The notes beneath the pieces are model-generated. The model had not been told where the DNA came from and searched no databases. It saw nothing but the letters and a program-made list of their open reading frames with translations. This document shows positions 42,712 through 54,057 of a DNA stretch of 64,000 nt, piece by piece. How positions within the stretch are numbered: position 1 is the first letter of the stretch; every line of letters starts with the position of its first letter. Both the position numbers and the translations under genes were made by a program. This DNA comes from Octopus vulgaris (lineage: Eukaryota), in contig OX597826.1 of assembly GCA_951406725.2 (NCBI GenBank), positions 27,652,001-27,716,000 of the forward strand. Reading direction: 5' to 3'.

Positions 42712-42832
42712 GGATAGACAGGCAAACAGACAGACAGGCAGTCAGACAGACAGATAGATAGATAGTTAGATTGATAGATAGAAAGATAGATGGGCAGATA
42801 GACAAGTAGATAGATAGCCAACCAGCCCGCCA

Positions 42833-42838
<6 letters not shown>
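41241..42838. repeat. 1.6-kb near-perfect palindrome centred on a (TA)n tract (~42048-42083)
   Basis: Arms are reverse complements, and the ORF track gives identical peptides on opposite strands (e.g. 41616-41828 minus and 42295-42507 plus). Differences are mainly microsatellite lengths. Confidence 0.95.
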
Positions 42839-42882
<44 letters not shown>

Positions 42883-43327
42883 GGTATGTATTTCTATATA
42901 TGTACGTATATATATATATATATATATGTGTGTGTGAGAGTGTGTGTGTGGACCATTTATTATAAATAGAGCGAGGTAAGGAAAGACAGTGAGGATTTCA
43001 TAGATAAACGCTTCTCTCTGGCTTTGGATTTCAGCCAATGTAATACATCGACCATTGGTCATGTGCCATATCAGTTTGAATATTGTTTAACAGCAGAAAA
43101 TGTTTCATGTGGTCATTGCGAGGCGGCGAAGCGGGGAAGATTACAGGCGTGCGTAATGGCGGCGATGTCGGCTGCGAAACAGCATCAATGAACGTATTCA
43201 GTTATGTCGGTTCATCCTAACAGTACAAAACTGATAGCTCTTTGTTGAAGCTTGTGTGGAGCTGATTGTTATGTATGTATGTATGTATGTATGTATGTAT
43301 GTATGTATGTATGTATGCGTATATATA

Positions 43328-43388
<61 letters not shown>

Positions 43389-44094
43389 GTGTATATATAT
43401 ATACATATATATATATATACACATATATAATTTCTGGGCTAGTTATGGCGGCAGTGGTGATGGCTGTGTTGAGTAAGTTGAAAAGACGGTGGTAGTTGTT
43501 ATAGTGGTAACTTTTGTGATGTGGTGTGGAGCCAGTGTCGCATTGGGGAGTCGATCGGGCGGCGCGGAGTGATTTCTTGTGTCTTTGGGTATTAGATTTT
43601 TGCCAATGAGTGGTGCTGTTGATTAGCAGATTTTTTTAATATTTTCTCATCTTGGGAGGGGGTGGGGGTACTGAATCGTTGGTAGATTTCTGATGTTTAT
43701 ACACACACACACACGCGCGCGCGCACACACACACACACACACATAGAAATGTATACATTTATATACATTTTTACACACATATATATATGCATGTATATAA
43801 AAGAATATATATACGTATATGTATGTAGAAATATGTGACTGTGTGTGCGCGTGTGTTGTATATATATATATATATATATGCATCTACATATGCATATAGA
43901 CTTCTATCTATGATGTATGTATATGCGTATGTGTTTATATGTAGGCATGTACGTTTGTGTGTGTGTTTGTATGTATTTAACTATCTATCTATTGTGTGTC
44001 TGTTTATATATCAATCCATCCATCTATCTATCTAACGACCTATCTGTCTGTCTGTGTATCTATCTGCCGGTCTATCTATCTATCTATCTATCTC

Positions 44095-44147
<53 letters not shown>

Positions 44148-44243
44148 GTATCTATGTATCTATCTATCGATCTATCTGTCTGTTCATCCATCCATCCATC
44201 CATCTATCCATCCGTCTGTCTGTCTATATCTGTGTGTCTTTGC

Positions 44244-44279
<36 letters not shown>

Positions 44280-44742
44280 ATGTGTGTGTGTTTGTTTGTT
44301 TGTGTGTGTGTGTGTGCATGTGTGTGTGTGTGTTTGTTTGTGTGTGTGTGTGTGTGCCGGTGTTTTGCATTTCTGAGAATCTGTGCGATGTTACGAGACT
44401 GTAAATGTGTGACTGTATGAGCACGTATGCACGTTTGAATATTTGTGTATGCGTGAGAGTGTGTGTGTGTATTTGTCTGTGGGTGTGCTAGAGAAGTGAG
44501 GGATGGTGAGTTAAGGTGGATATTTGTTGTAGAAGCGCTGAAGGTGTGGGGAGTGGGTGGGTTGATGAGTAAGAAAAGATGACCAGGAAAACAAAACCCC
44601 CTTTGCAATAGGCGAAGTCAACTAGAGGGCACAACACGAATAATTAGATCGGAAATGCCTGAGGGCTAATACATATGATGTTCCTGCTTGCACCTGTGAA
44701 TGCATAGTTGCACGCACAAATTTACACACTGGCACAAGCACA

Positions 44743-44790
<48 letters not shown>

Positions 44791-45115
44791 CACACACACA
44801 CACGCACGAACTGGCACAAACACACACACACACAAAAACACATGCACACACACACACAGGCACAAGCACACACATACACACAAACACACACACACTCACA
44901 CATGCACACACACACACGCACACACACACACACAGACACTCACATGAATACGAATTCCCACGTTGTCTGTGCCTGCGTGCGTGCGAACGTGTGTGCGTGC
45001 ATGTGTGTGTGCACCCACATGTATATGGAGGGATGTCTGTGTCTATAAGCTCATACACGTACGTACAGTGATACGTTTATGTGTGTATGTGTGTGTGTGT
45101 TTGTGTGTGTATATA

Positions 45116-45520
45116 GGTGCTGTAGTGGCTGTATGATATGCAGCTTGCTTCCCAACCACATGGTTGCGAGTTCAGTCCCACTGCGTAGCACCTTGGATAA
45201 GTTTCTTCTACTGTAGCCTAGGACCCACTAAAGCCTTGTGAGTGGATGTGGCAGAAGGAAACTGAAAGAAGCCTGTCGTATATATGTATATATATATGTA
45301 TATATATGTTTGCGTGTATATGTTTGAGTTTGTGCTTGTCGTTCCAACATCGCTTGACAAATGATGCTTGTGTGTTTACATCCTCATAACTTAGCGGTTC
45401 GGCCAAAGAGACTGATAGAATAAGTACTTGGCTTACGAAGAAGATTTCCTGGTGTCGATTTGCTCAACTATAGGCGGTGTTCCAGCATGGCCCTAGTCAA
45501 ATGACTGAAACAAATAAAAT
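45116..45520 (+). mobile_element. SINE family A, full length
   Basis: Head GTGGCTG...CCAACCACATGG...GTTCAGTCCCACTGCG through tail CCAGCATGGCC..CAAATGACTGAAACAA. Confidence 0.88.
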
Positions 45521-45539
45521 AATAATACATATATATATA

Positions 45540-45597
<58 letters not shown>

Positions 45598-45601
45598 GAT
45601 G

Positions 45602-45651
<50 letters not shown>

Positions 45652-45834
45652 AAGATAGATAAAACCGGGTTTTGATAGCAAGGGTGTGGACGTAGGAAAA
45701 AGTCAGACGAAAAGAGGAAGTACGAGAGAGCTTCAAACAAGTAGGTTAACGCGCGCGCTCTCGTGTTTGTGTGCGCACGCGCGCGTGTACGCAGGCGTGC
45801 GTTTGCCTGTACCAGTTTTTTTATCTCTATCACC

Positions 45835-45880
<46 letters not shown>

Positions 45881-46123
45881 GTTCTTGGCCACCAGAGAGA
45901 AAACAGGCCGTTTTTTATTTTGTTTTTTCAATTTTTTATAAATATTTCATAAGACGAAATACATTGAAACGGTAATATTAGTATTTCTGTTTCTACAATC
46001 CTTTATTAAATTCCCTCTTAAACTGAAATGTCTTAGACTTAATTCTGTGCTAATTCCACTTCCATCTTTTTTATATATAAAAAATTGATTTGTATATCTC
46101 TCTAATCTATCTCTGTGTATATA

Positions 46124-46270
46124 GGACGGGCTTCTTTCTGTTTCTGTCTACCAAATCCACTCACGAGACTCCGGTCGACCCGAGACTATAGTAGAAGACA
46201 CCTACCCAAGGTGCTACGCAGTTGGACTGAACCCGAAGCTGTGTGGCTCTTACAACAGTTACGCTTGCCT
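46124..46270 (-). mobile_element. SINE family A, 5' half
   Basis: GACGGGCTTCTTTC.GTTTC.GTCTACCAAATCCACTCAC...GGACTGAACCCG. Confidence 0.8.
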
Positions 46271-46325
46271 CAATATATATATATATATATATATATACAT
46301 ATGTATATATATGTATATATATATG

Positions 46326-46360
<35 letters not shown>

Positions 46361-46362
<2 letters not shown>

Positions 46363-46563
46363 GGTCCCGGGTTGATTCGGGGTTAACCACAGTAAGTAAG
46401 GTACTCAATACATAGCAGAGTAAAATTAATTTATTATATAGAAGGAGCTTCTACAGGACTAGTACTGTTTCATTCAAGAGAAATCTTCAGGAAGCACAGG
46501 AATCTTCCTGAAGATTTCTCTTGAATGAAACAGTACTAGTCCTGTAGAAGCTCCTTCTATATA

Positions 46564-46569
<6 letters not shown>
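46361..46569. mobile_element. PLE pLTR remnant with inverted duplication, giving hammerhead motifs on both strands
   Basis: Arms 46429-46494 and 46504-46569. Each reads (G/T)CTTC-CTGAAGA-TTTC(TCTT)GAAT-GAAA-CAG(TACTAGTC)CTG-TA-GAAGC. Confidence 0.75.
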
Positions 46570-46610
<41 letters not shown>

Positions 46611-46618
46611 ACTGTGTG

Positions 46619-46660
<42 letters not shown>

Positions 46661-46668
46661 CACACAGT

Positions 46669-46737
<69 letters not shown>

Positions 46738-46739
<2 letters not shown>

Positions 46740-46903
46740 CATACAAAATGGGACAAGAAAACAAAACATCCGGACAGTTAGGTGAAACAAAAATGGAACA
46801 ACAAAACATCCAGATAGACGATACAAAGAATACAAGGACGGGTCATTCGAGGTTTACTTTCCTCAGTCATGTACCATATTTTCTTCGCAATTTCGGCTGA
46901 TTA
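46738..46903 (-). mobile_element. pLTR-like remnant in (TA)n with degenerate hammerhead core
   Basis: Minus strand CTGAGGA-AAG(TAAAC)CTC-GAATGACCCGTC; flanked by TA tracts. Confidence 0.35.
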
Positions 46904-47047
46904 TATATAGAGAGAAAGAGAGAGTGAGAGAGTTTGTGTGTGTGACATAAGAGAGTTTGAGGTGTGTGACATATATATACATACATATACATATATATAT
47001 ATTTATATATATATATATATAAATATATATATATATACATACATACA

Positions 47048-47133
<86 letters not shown>

Positions 47134-47137
<4 letters not shown>

Positions 47138-47245
47138 CCTGCTCGCTTAGCCAGCGGGGTGGCGTCATTCGAAGGCTAAAAACAATGCGAACGCATTGTG
47201 ACCAGCGAGGTGTAGCAACATCTGATGGTCTGGTTGGTCATGAGG
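47134..47245 (+). mobile_element. Short RTE-like LINE 3'-end element
   Basis: TTGGCCTGCTCGCTTAGCCAGCGGGGTGGCGTCATTCGAAGGC...TCTGATGGTCTGGTTGGTCA; same as 12651-12768; (GAT)n tail. Confidence 0.55.
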
Positions 47246-47696
47246 ATGATGATGATGATGATATATATATTCATATATCTACTTGCAAGTTATATCTGCG
47301 CAATCTATATGCTGTAATTATTATAAACCATGTTATTTATGTTGTGAACAATAGAAAAGAACTGAATGCCGATTATAGAATAAATCTTTAACAAATCGAC
47401 CGTCATTATTTTTCAAGGTTACACCATTCCGTAGCTCAGAACCACAAGTCATCTCCAAAATCAGTTTATTGCCTCGTGCAGCAAATGTCTTTTCACTCGG
47501 TCTCGTCAATATTTGCAATTCTGTGGTTCTGCACTTGACTTCCTGAATCTTCTGCCATGACTGGCGATGTAATATTAGAACTCTCAGAAATCATGCATGG
47601 TTGCAAAATCTGGTATTTAGCATATTTCATGTTTCTTGGAATTTCCGTTCTTTTTTTTTACAAATCTGTTTCATTTCCATATTATTTAATTTACCT

Positions 47697-48005
47697 GTGA
47701 AGGCGCGTGGCTTAGTGGTTAGGGCAATCGGCTCATGATCATAAGGTCGTGAGTTCAATTCCCGGCGACGCGTTGTGTCCTTGAGCAAGACACTTTATTT
47801 CACGACGCTCCAGTCCACTCAGCTGGCCTGTATTTCATACGGCCGGCCTTGTCACGCACTGTGTCACGCTGAATCTCCCCGAGAACTACGTTAAGGGTAC
47901 ACGTGTTTATGGAGTGCTCAGCCACTTACACGTTAATTTAACGAGCAAACTGTTCCGTTGATCGTATTAGCTGTGACCCTCGTCGTCGCACCCGACGGAG
48001 TGCTC
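47697..48005 (+). mobile_element. tRNA-derived CORE-type SINE (family C, different tail from 9029)
   Basis: A box TGGCTTAGTGG, B box GTTCAATTCC, core TCCTTGAGCAAGACACTTTATTTCAC. Confidence 0.8.
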
Positions 48006-49150
48006 CATTTAATTTACCTAGGCTATTAATGTGTCCTAATTCCATTTTTTCTTGTTATTTCTCTTTATATTTAATCTTATATCTTCTGGAGATAAGGTCG
48101 ATGATGGCTGATAAGTCAGAAACATGTGTCAATCATTTTCCTCTTATCGCCAATAATAAATTTCCATCTATTAAATCTACTCAATGATTTAGTCGGCGCG
48201 GTGCTATAATAGTAAAATAGAAGACTCTTGCCCAAACTAGTACACAGTAGAACTAAACCCAGAAGGATATGTTTTGGGATCAAACTGCTTACCACACAGC
48301 CACACCTGCGTCTAGTATTTATCGATGTTTCAATAATACATTTGTACAATTTACAATTCATTGGTGTGAAATAAACATATTACGAGTAGTCGTGTGGAAT
48401 CTAAGCCAATTTATGACTGATTTGTCTTTTGGTTTTGTTTCAGCATAATCTAGCACAAGAACGACGGTCTAGTTACAGCTAGAAACCACATCTTTTAGTT
48501 ACCGACTGATGAGGGATGAGATTCCAGAGACACAAATAATTTTCTTTTCTTTTGTTGGCTTTCATTCGTTATTTGCACAGAAAAAATTCTTACACAAATT
48601 CTTTTATTGTCACACCTTTCTTTCTTTATATGACTGCTTCTTCATGTGCAAATATCTGTATGCTTGTGATGTTTGCATGTGAGACTTGTGTGTATTTGTG
48701 CATATACTATACTTCCGGAACAATAGTAGTTTATTAGGGCGGAAGGTTGGGAATTTTTCCCGTATCGTAGTACGATAAGCGGAAAAAGGTATTTTATATT
48801 TCACGGTTGGCAGCCAGCGTGGCCAGGTATGCGAATAAACATCCAAAAGGCAAAGAATAGAGTAGGTAAGATCTGGGTTAAATATGTTTCATAGTGAGAG
48901 GAATCTCAGAAGTGGTTAATATCCAAGTGAGGTGTATAACGCAGGCTACTCGCCAGGCTAAGGGTATCTTATAGTTCTATATTTAAGAGATGAGGAATTA
49001 TGTACGTTATTTACATTTGACGGATATTTGTCCTCATCTTATTTGTTGTTAACACACCGTTTCGGCTTCATGAGTTGTCTTGGGAAAATTCCAAATCGGG
49101 GTTCTCATTAGTAAGGTATTTTTCGATGTTATTATTAGAAAAATATTCAT

Positions 49151-49335
49151 CAGGAGTGGCTGTGTGGAAAGTAGCTTGCTTACCAACCACATGGTTCTGG
49201 GTTCAGTCCCACTGTGTGGCACCTTGGGTAAGTGTCTTCTACTATAGTCTCGGGCCGACCAAAGCCGTGCGAGTGGATTTGGTAGACGGAAACTGAAAGA
49301 AGCACGTCACATATATGTGTATGTATATATATAAA

Positions 49336-49405
<70 letters not shown>

Positions 49406-49495
49406 CGTGTGTTTGTTGTCTCTGATTGACAACCGATGCTGGTGTGTTTACGTCCCCGTAACTTATCGGTTCGACAAAGGGGTCGACAAAAGATA
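49151..49495 (+). mobile_element. SINE family A
   Basis: CAGGAGTGGCTGTGTGG...GTTCAGTCCCACTG...GTGTTTACGTCCCCGTAACTTA. Confidence 0.85.
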
Positions 49496-49789
49496 GCATG
49501 AGAAGTGTGAGGAATGTGTGCGTGTGAGAGTGAGTGTGTGTGTATGTGTGTGCGTATACGTGTGTATCTGTGTGTATGTTTTCTTTTCTCCGCCTACCAC
49601 TTAACGGTTCGGCAAAAGAACCGATGGTTTAAGTACCTAACTGTTAAAAGAAAAACTTGATGACTGTCGTCTGAAATGCTGAAGAATTGCTGAATTCACC
49701 TGTCTCATGACTCATCAATATGGTACATATATGCATATTTCTATATATATACACACACACACACAAAACACAAAAACACACTCACACAC

Positions 49790-49821
<32 letters not shown>

Positions 49822-49826
<5 letters not shown>

Positions 49827-51196
49827 TGAGTGTATTTTACCTTGTTAACAATTAACACGGATAAATGAATGAATAGTTACCAGGGCAGCAAAATCTCACA
49901 AGTAAAGATGTTGTAACTCCTTGTTTATAAAGGTTGAAACTTCGTGTTTACGTTGAATATTTGAATAATAGGAATAAAAAATGGAGTCAACGCAGGTTTA
50001 AACAAGTATTTTTTCTTTCTACATATGTTTCAAAAATTCCACTGATACTTATTCAAAAGAATAAAAGGTATAAACAATGCAATCTTCTCTTCGGGAAAGT
50101 GAAAAAACGAAACTTGTCAATACGACATTTTAGCAAAAAATGATGGATTCGTATAGCGATAGACAGAACGCTATTAATATTGTTTAAAAAAACGTTATAT
50201 GATATAACGTCATAAGTAGCTAACAGAAAGAGTAGGGATATTAATAGTGAATGTTAAATATAAAGGAAATTAAAGTCTAAACTATATATAATGATAGAGA
50301 CTACTTATATGCACTAAAAGTATGCTTTTGCCAATGCTTACATCTGTATGCTCGTTCTATAACCGTGTTTACTAGAGTATTTTTAGAAAAAATAATGAAA
50401 AATAGCTCAGAATTGCAGAGAAGACAGAATTTCTTGCCTTTGTCCTATGGTATCGAAATTGAGAGGATCAACCATTCCAAATGAAATTGTTCATTGTGGT
50501 CTTTTAAATTCCAAATCAGTTTGCTGAGACCGGTACTATTCCGTTTATTTCTATCCCTAAATGTTGAGTAATGGATAGAAATTCTCTTAGATAACTCTAA
50601 CGATGTGCTTCCAATGTAAAATCGTACTTTATTACGAGTACTGATTATACACTGGTATATAGAATTTTTAATCTTAGAGTTACTTGACATAAATTTAATT
50701 CTATTGGGATTGACTTCAGATACAATAACCTTGTTATTAATATTTCTAGAGGGTTGGATGGTAGTAGCTAAATTAATGTTAGTATTAGTAAATGTATTAA
50801 TATTTAACAGTTTGTTATTATGAGAAGATATAATTTGCAAGAGATTTTTTGTGTTTGAAAAACCTATCCTAACCTTATGTGAATTAATTATAGAGTAATA
50901 TCTAGAATTATTTGGAAAATTCCTAGCAATAGCTTGACGAAACAGCAGTGGGAGATTAGATTTAATTTGTCTCCCGTAAGGAATTATTAACCAAATATTT
51001 TTACTAGTATTCATAGCGTAATTACTTTTGAAGGTGTTATATTTACTTTTAGATCGGTAATAGGGGAATAAATAAGGGTTATCTGCCTTCATTCGCTTTG
51101 TATCGGTGCGTAAGTTATGTTTGTTATCAATAATTCTTTTACGACTAGAAATCATATCTACATTATTGAATTTACAATTAGACTGAGCAGAATCAA
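49822..51196 (-). repeat. Inverted 5'-truncated copy of the PLE (ORF from ~53294 + full pLTR)
   Basis: Reverse complement of 53294-54526 plus ~140 bp matching 51665-51806; junction GAATCAA|AATTCTG at ~51196. Confidence 0.95.
50009..50107 (-). ncRNA. Hammerhead fold (inverted arm copy)
   Basis: Reverse complement of 51521-51619. Confidence 0.65.
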
Positions 51197-51806
51197 AATT
51201 CTGTCTTCTCTGCAATTCTGAGCTATTTTTCATTATTTTTTCTAAAAATACTCTAGTAAACACGGTTATAGAACGAGCATACAGATGTAAGCATTGGCAA
51301 AAGCATACTTTTAGTGCATATAAGTAGTCTCTATCATTATATATAGTTTAGACTTTAATTTCCTTTATATTTAACATTCACTATTAATATCCCTACTCTT
51401 TCTGTTAGCTACTTATGACGTTATATCATATAACGTTTTTTTAAACAATATTAATAGCGTTCTGTCTATCGCTATACGAATCCATCATTTTTTGCTAAAA
51501 TGTCGTATTGACAAGTTTCGTTTTTTCACTTTCCCGAAGAGAAGATTGCATTGTTTATACCTTTTATTCTTTTGAATAAGTATCAGTGGAATTTTTGAAA
51601 CATATGTAGAAAGAAAAAATACTTGTTTAAACCTGCGTTGACTCCATTTTTTATTCCTATTATTCAAATATTCAACATAAACACGAAGTTTCAACCTTTA
51701 TAAACAAGGAGTTACAACATCTTTACTTGTGAGATTTTGCTGCCCTGGTAACTATTCATTCATTTATCCGTGTTAATTGTTAACAAGGTAAAATACACTC
51801 ATCTAT
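51196..51806 (+). repeat. 5' pseudo-LTR
   Basis: Direct repeat of 54058-54526 with a ~140-bp extension shared with the inverted arm. Confidence 0.92.
51521..51619 (+). ncRNA. Type I hammerhead fold with extended stem II (5' pLTR copy)
   Basis: CTTTC-CCGAAGA-G AAGATT G CATTG..ATAC..TTATTC(TTTT)GAATAA GTAT CAGTG G AATTTT T-GAAAC-ATAT-GTA-GAAAG. Confidence 0.65.
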
Positions 51807-51858
51807 TTATAATACTTTAATCAGGTTTATTAATAACCTGCTAACTGAATAGTTACAG
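51788..51858 (+). other. Probable 71-nt spliceosomal intron just upstream of the PLE start codon
   Basis: AG|GTAAAA donor, CTAAC branch point at 51841, TTACAG| acceptor, ATG 3 nt later. Confidence 0.55.
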
Positions 51859-51861
51859 CAT

Positions 51862-54045
51862 ATGGAGTTATTGAATATTAACGCATCTCTTAAGGACATT
51901 CCTATTCCACCTAAGAATGTTTTCCTCAAACAACTTGTCAATAAGATTAATTCATTCATCAACCGAATAAGATGGCTTACCTTTTTCTTTGACAAAAATG
52001 ACACTCAACAACACACTAATGATAAAACATCTGAGTTCAGCAAGTTATTTAAATCTAATAATAGTCCGCCGCCTAACCCAAGGTTGAAGCAATTTGAAGA
52101 TGATCTCTGGTCCATTGTGAGAAATGTAAAATTTCAACGGTCACCACTAAGAAATAAACATCTGAGGTATCTTCGCAACATCACCAAAGAAATCAATTCT
52201 ATGGATACTATGTTGGTTCAATCTGATAAGACTGGTAATCTGTACAAACTTTATAAAGACTATTATTTGGAATTACTTGAAAAAGAAATTCAGAAAAAGT
52301 ATAAAATTGCTGATAAAAGAATACTTAAGAAAGCCAACATCGAGGCTATGAAAATCATGGAGAAATATAACCTACAAATGAAGACAGAACCTCTTGTTCC
52401 TAAGCAACCTAGGTTTATTTTGAAGGATCACAAACCAAATTTTTTTACTAACCCATCATTAAGGCTTATCTGCCCTTCTAGCTCTGACATCGGTATCCTT
52501 AGTAAAAATATACTAGATAAATATATTCCTAATCTAATCAAAACATTAAAACTTAGATTATGGACTAATTCATTTGACGTAGTTGACTGGTTTAGGTCTA
52601 TTAACAGTAAGGTGAGTACGAAGTTTATCCAGTTTGATATTTCCAATTTTTATTCGTCTATTAATCCTATAGTACTTAATAAGGCACTTTGGCTTGCTCA
52701 TAACAAAGCTGGTCTCACCCGAGAAGAAATTAATGTTGTGTTGGCAGCCAGAAGATCTATTATTAAATTTGATGATAAGTTGTGGGTCCGTAAAAACACA
52801 CCAGATAGTTTCGATATACCTATGGGAAGTTCTGATTCAGCACAGATAGCTGATTTGGTCTGTATATACATTCTTTTTGAAATGGCTGAAGAGTTCCCTA
52901 ACATTTATGGAGGTCTATATCGTGATGATTGTTTACTTTACCTCCAAAATGTTTCTAACCAAAAGGTACAAAAAGTTAAGAACAGTTTAGTTAATTTTTT
53001 CAGTAGAATGGGCTTAAAAATCGTTTTTGATGACGATCTGACGAAGGCCAACTTTTTAGATATTACCCTTAATTTACACAGTGACTCTTACTTCCCATAT
53101 CATAAACCGTTGACCAATCTTAAGTACATTAGCAAATTTAGTAATCATCCTGGAGCAATTACTAAGAATTTAGTTAAGAATATTTCATTTAGATTATCTA
53201 AATTATCTGCTAATGTTGATATTTTCAATAATAACGCTGAATTCTATAACTCTGCCTTAATCAAAGCAGGTTATACAGAAAAAATTTTCTACATTGATTC
53301 TGCTCAGTCTAATTGGAAATTCAATAATGTAGATATGATTTCTAGTCGTAAAAGAATTATTGATAACAAACATAACTTACGCACCGATACAAAGCGAATG
53401 AAGGCAGATAACCCTTATTTATTCCCCTATTACCGATCTAAAAGTAAATATAACACCTTCAAAAGTAATTACGCTATGAATACTAGTAAAAATATTTGGT
53501 TAATAATTCCTTACGGGAGACAAATTAAATCTAATCTCCCACTGCTGTTTCGTCAAGCTATTGCTAGGAATTTTCCAAATAATTCTAGATATTACTCTAT
53601 AATTAATTCACATAAGGTTAGGATAGGTTTTTCAAACACAAAAAATCTCTTGCAAATTATATCTTCTCATAATAACAAACTGTTAAATATTAATACATTT
53701 ACTAATACTAACATTAATTTAGCTACTACCATCCAACCCTCTAGAAATATTAATAACAAGGTTATTGTATCTGAAGTCAATCCCAATAGAATTAAATTTA
53801 TGTCAAGTAACTCTAAGATTAAAAATTCTATATACCAGTGTATAATCAGTACTCGTAATAAAGTACGATTTTACATTGGAAGCACATCGTTAGAGTTATC
53901 TAAGAGAATTTCTATCCATTACTCAACATTTAGGGATAGAAATAAACGGAATAGTACCGGTCTCAGCAAACTGATTTGGAATTTAAAAGACCACAATGAA
54001 CAATTTCATTTGGAATGGTTGATCCTCTCAATTTCGATACCATAG
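51862..54045 (+). CDS. PLE polyprotein: reverse transcriptase + GIY-YIG endonuclease (727 aa; frame continues 47 aa past the UAG to 54189)
   Basis: SDKTGN, LKDHK, LRLICP, FIQFDISNFYSSI, IPMGSSDSAQIADL, GGLYRDD, NFLDITL, SNHP; EN: SIYQC..FYIGST..KRISIH..STGLSKLIWNLK. Confidence 0.93.
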   Translation: MELLNINASLKDIPIPPKNVFLKQLVNKINSFINRIRWLTFFFDKNDTQQHTNDKTSEFSKLFKSNNSPPPNPRLKQFEDDLWSIVRNVKFQRSPLRNKHLRYLRNITKEINSMDTMLVQSDKTGNLYKLYKDYYLELLEKEIQKKYKIADKRILKKANIEAMKIMEKYNLQMKTEPLVPKQPRFILKDHKPNFFTNPSLRLICPSSSDIGILSKNILDKYIPNLIKTLKLRLWTNSFDVVDWFRSINSKVSTKFIQFDISNFYSSINPIVLNKALWLAHNKAGLTREEINVVLAARRSIIKFDDKLWVRKNTPDSFDIPMGSSDSAQIADLVCIYILFEMAEEFPNIYGGLYRDDCLLYLQNVSNQKVQKVKNSLVNFFSRMGLKIVFDDDLTKANFLDITLNLHSDSYFPYHKPLTNLKYISKFSNHPGAITKNLVKNISFRLSKLSANVDIFNNNAEFYNSALIKAGYTEKIFYIDSAQSNWKFNNVDMISSRKRIIDNKHNLRTDTKRMKADNPYLFPYYRSKSKYNTFKSNYAMNTSKNIWLIIPYGRQIKSNLPLLFRQAIARNFPNNSRYYSIINSHKVRIGFSNTKNLLQIISSHNNKLLNINTFTNTNINLATTIQPSRNINNKVIVSEVNPNRIKFMSSNSKIKNSIYQCIISTRNKVRFYIGSTSLELSKRISIHYSTFRDRNKRNSTGLSKLIWNLKDHNEQFHLEWLILSISIP

Positions 54046-54057
54046 GACAAAGGCAAG

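Noticed and set aside
42950-43260. Complex-sequence island that might be a host exon or enhancer (similarly 20675-20810 and 26640-27050)
   Set aside because: No convincing ORF with splice sites or recognisable motif; needs alignment data.
47380-47650. Possible CR1-like LINE relic on the minus strand
   Set aside because: Only faint similarity (TFAARG..L..ELRN); too degraded to call.
47697-47770. tRNA gene candidates (also 9029, 22389, 56938)
   Set aside because: A/B boxes are present but there is no complete cloverleaf; most continue into SINE bodies.
49934-50143. 69-aa ORF duplicated at 51485-51694
   Set aside because: Antisense to the pLTR/hammerhead region; its duplication merely reflects the repeat.
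50445-51263. 272-aa minus-strand ORF as a separate endonuclease gene
   Set aside because: Chimera across the inversion junction: an antisense pLTR N-terminus fused to the inverted PLE copy. The in-frame join is probably chance.
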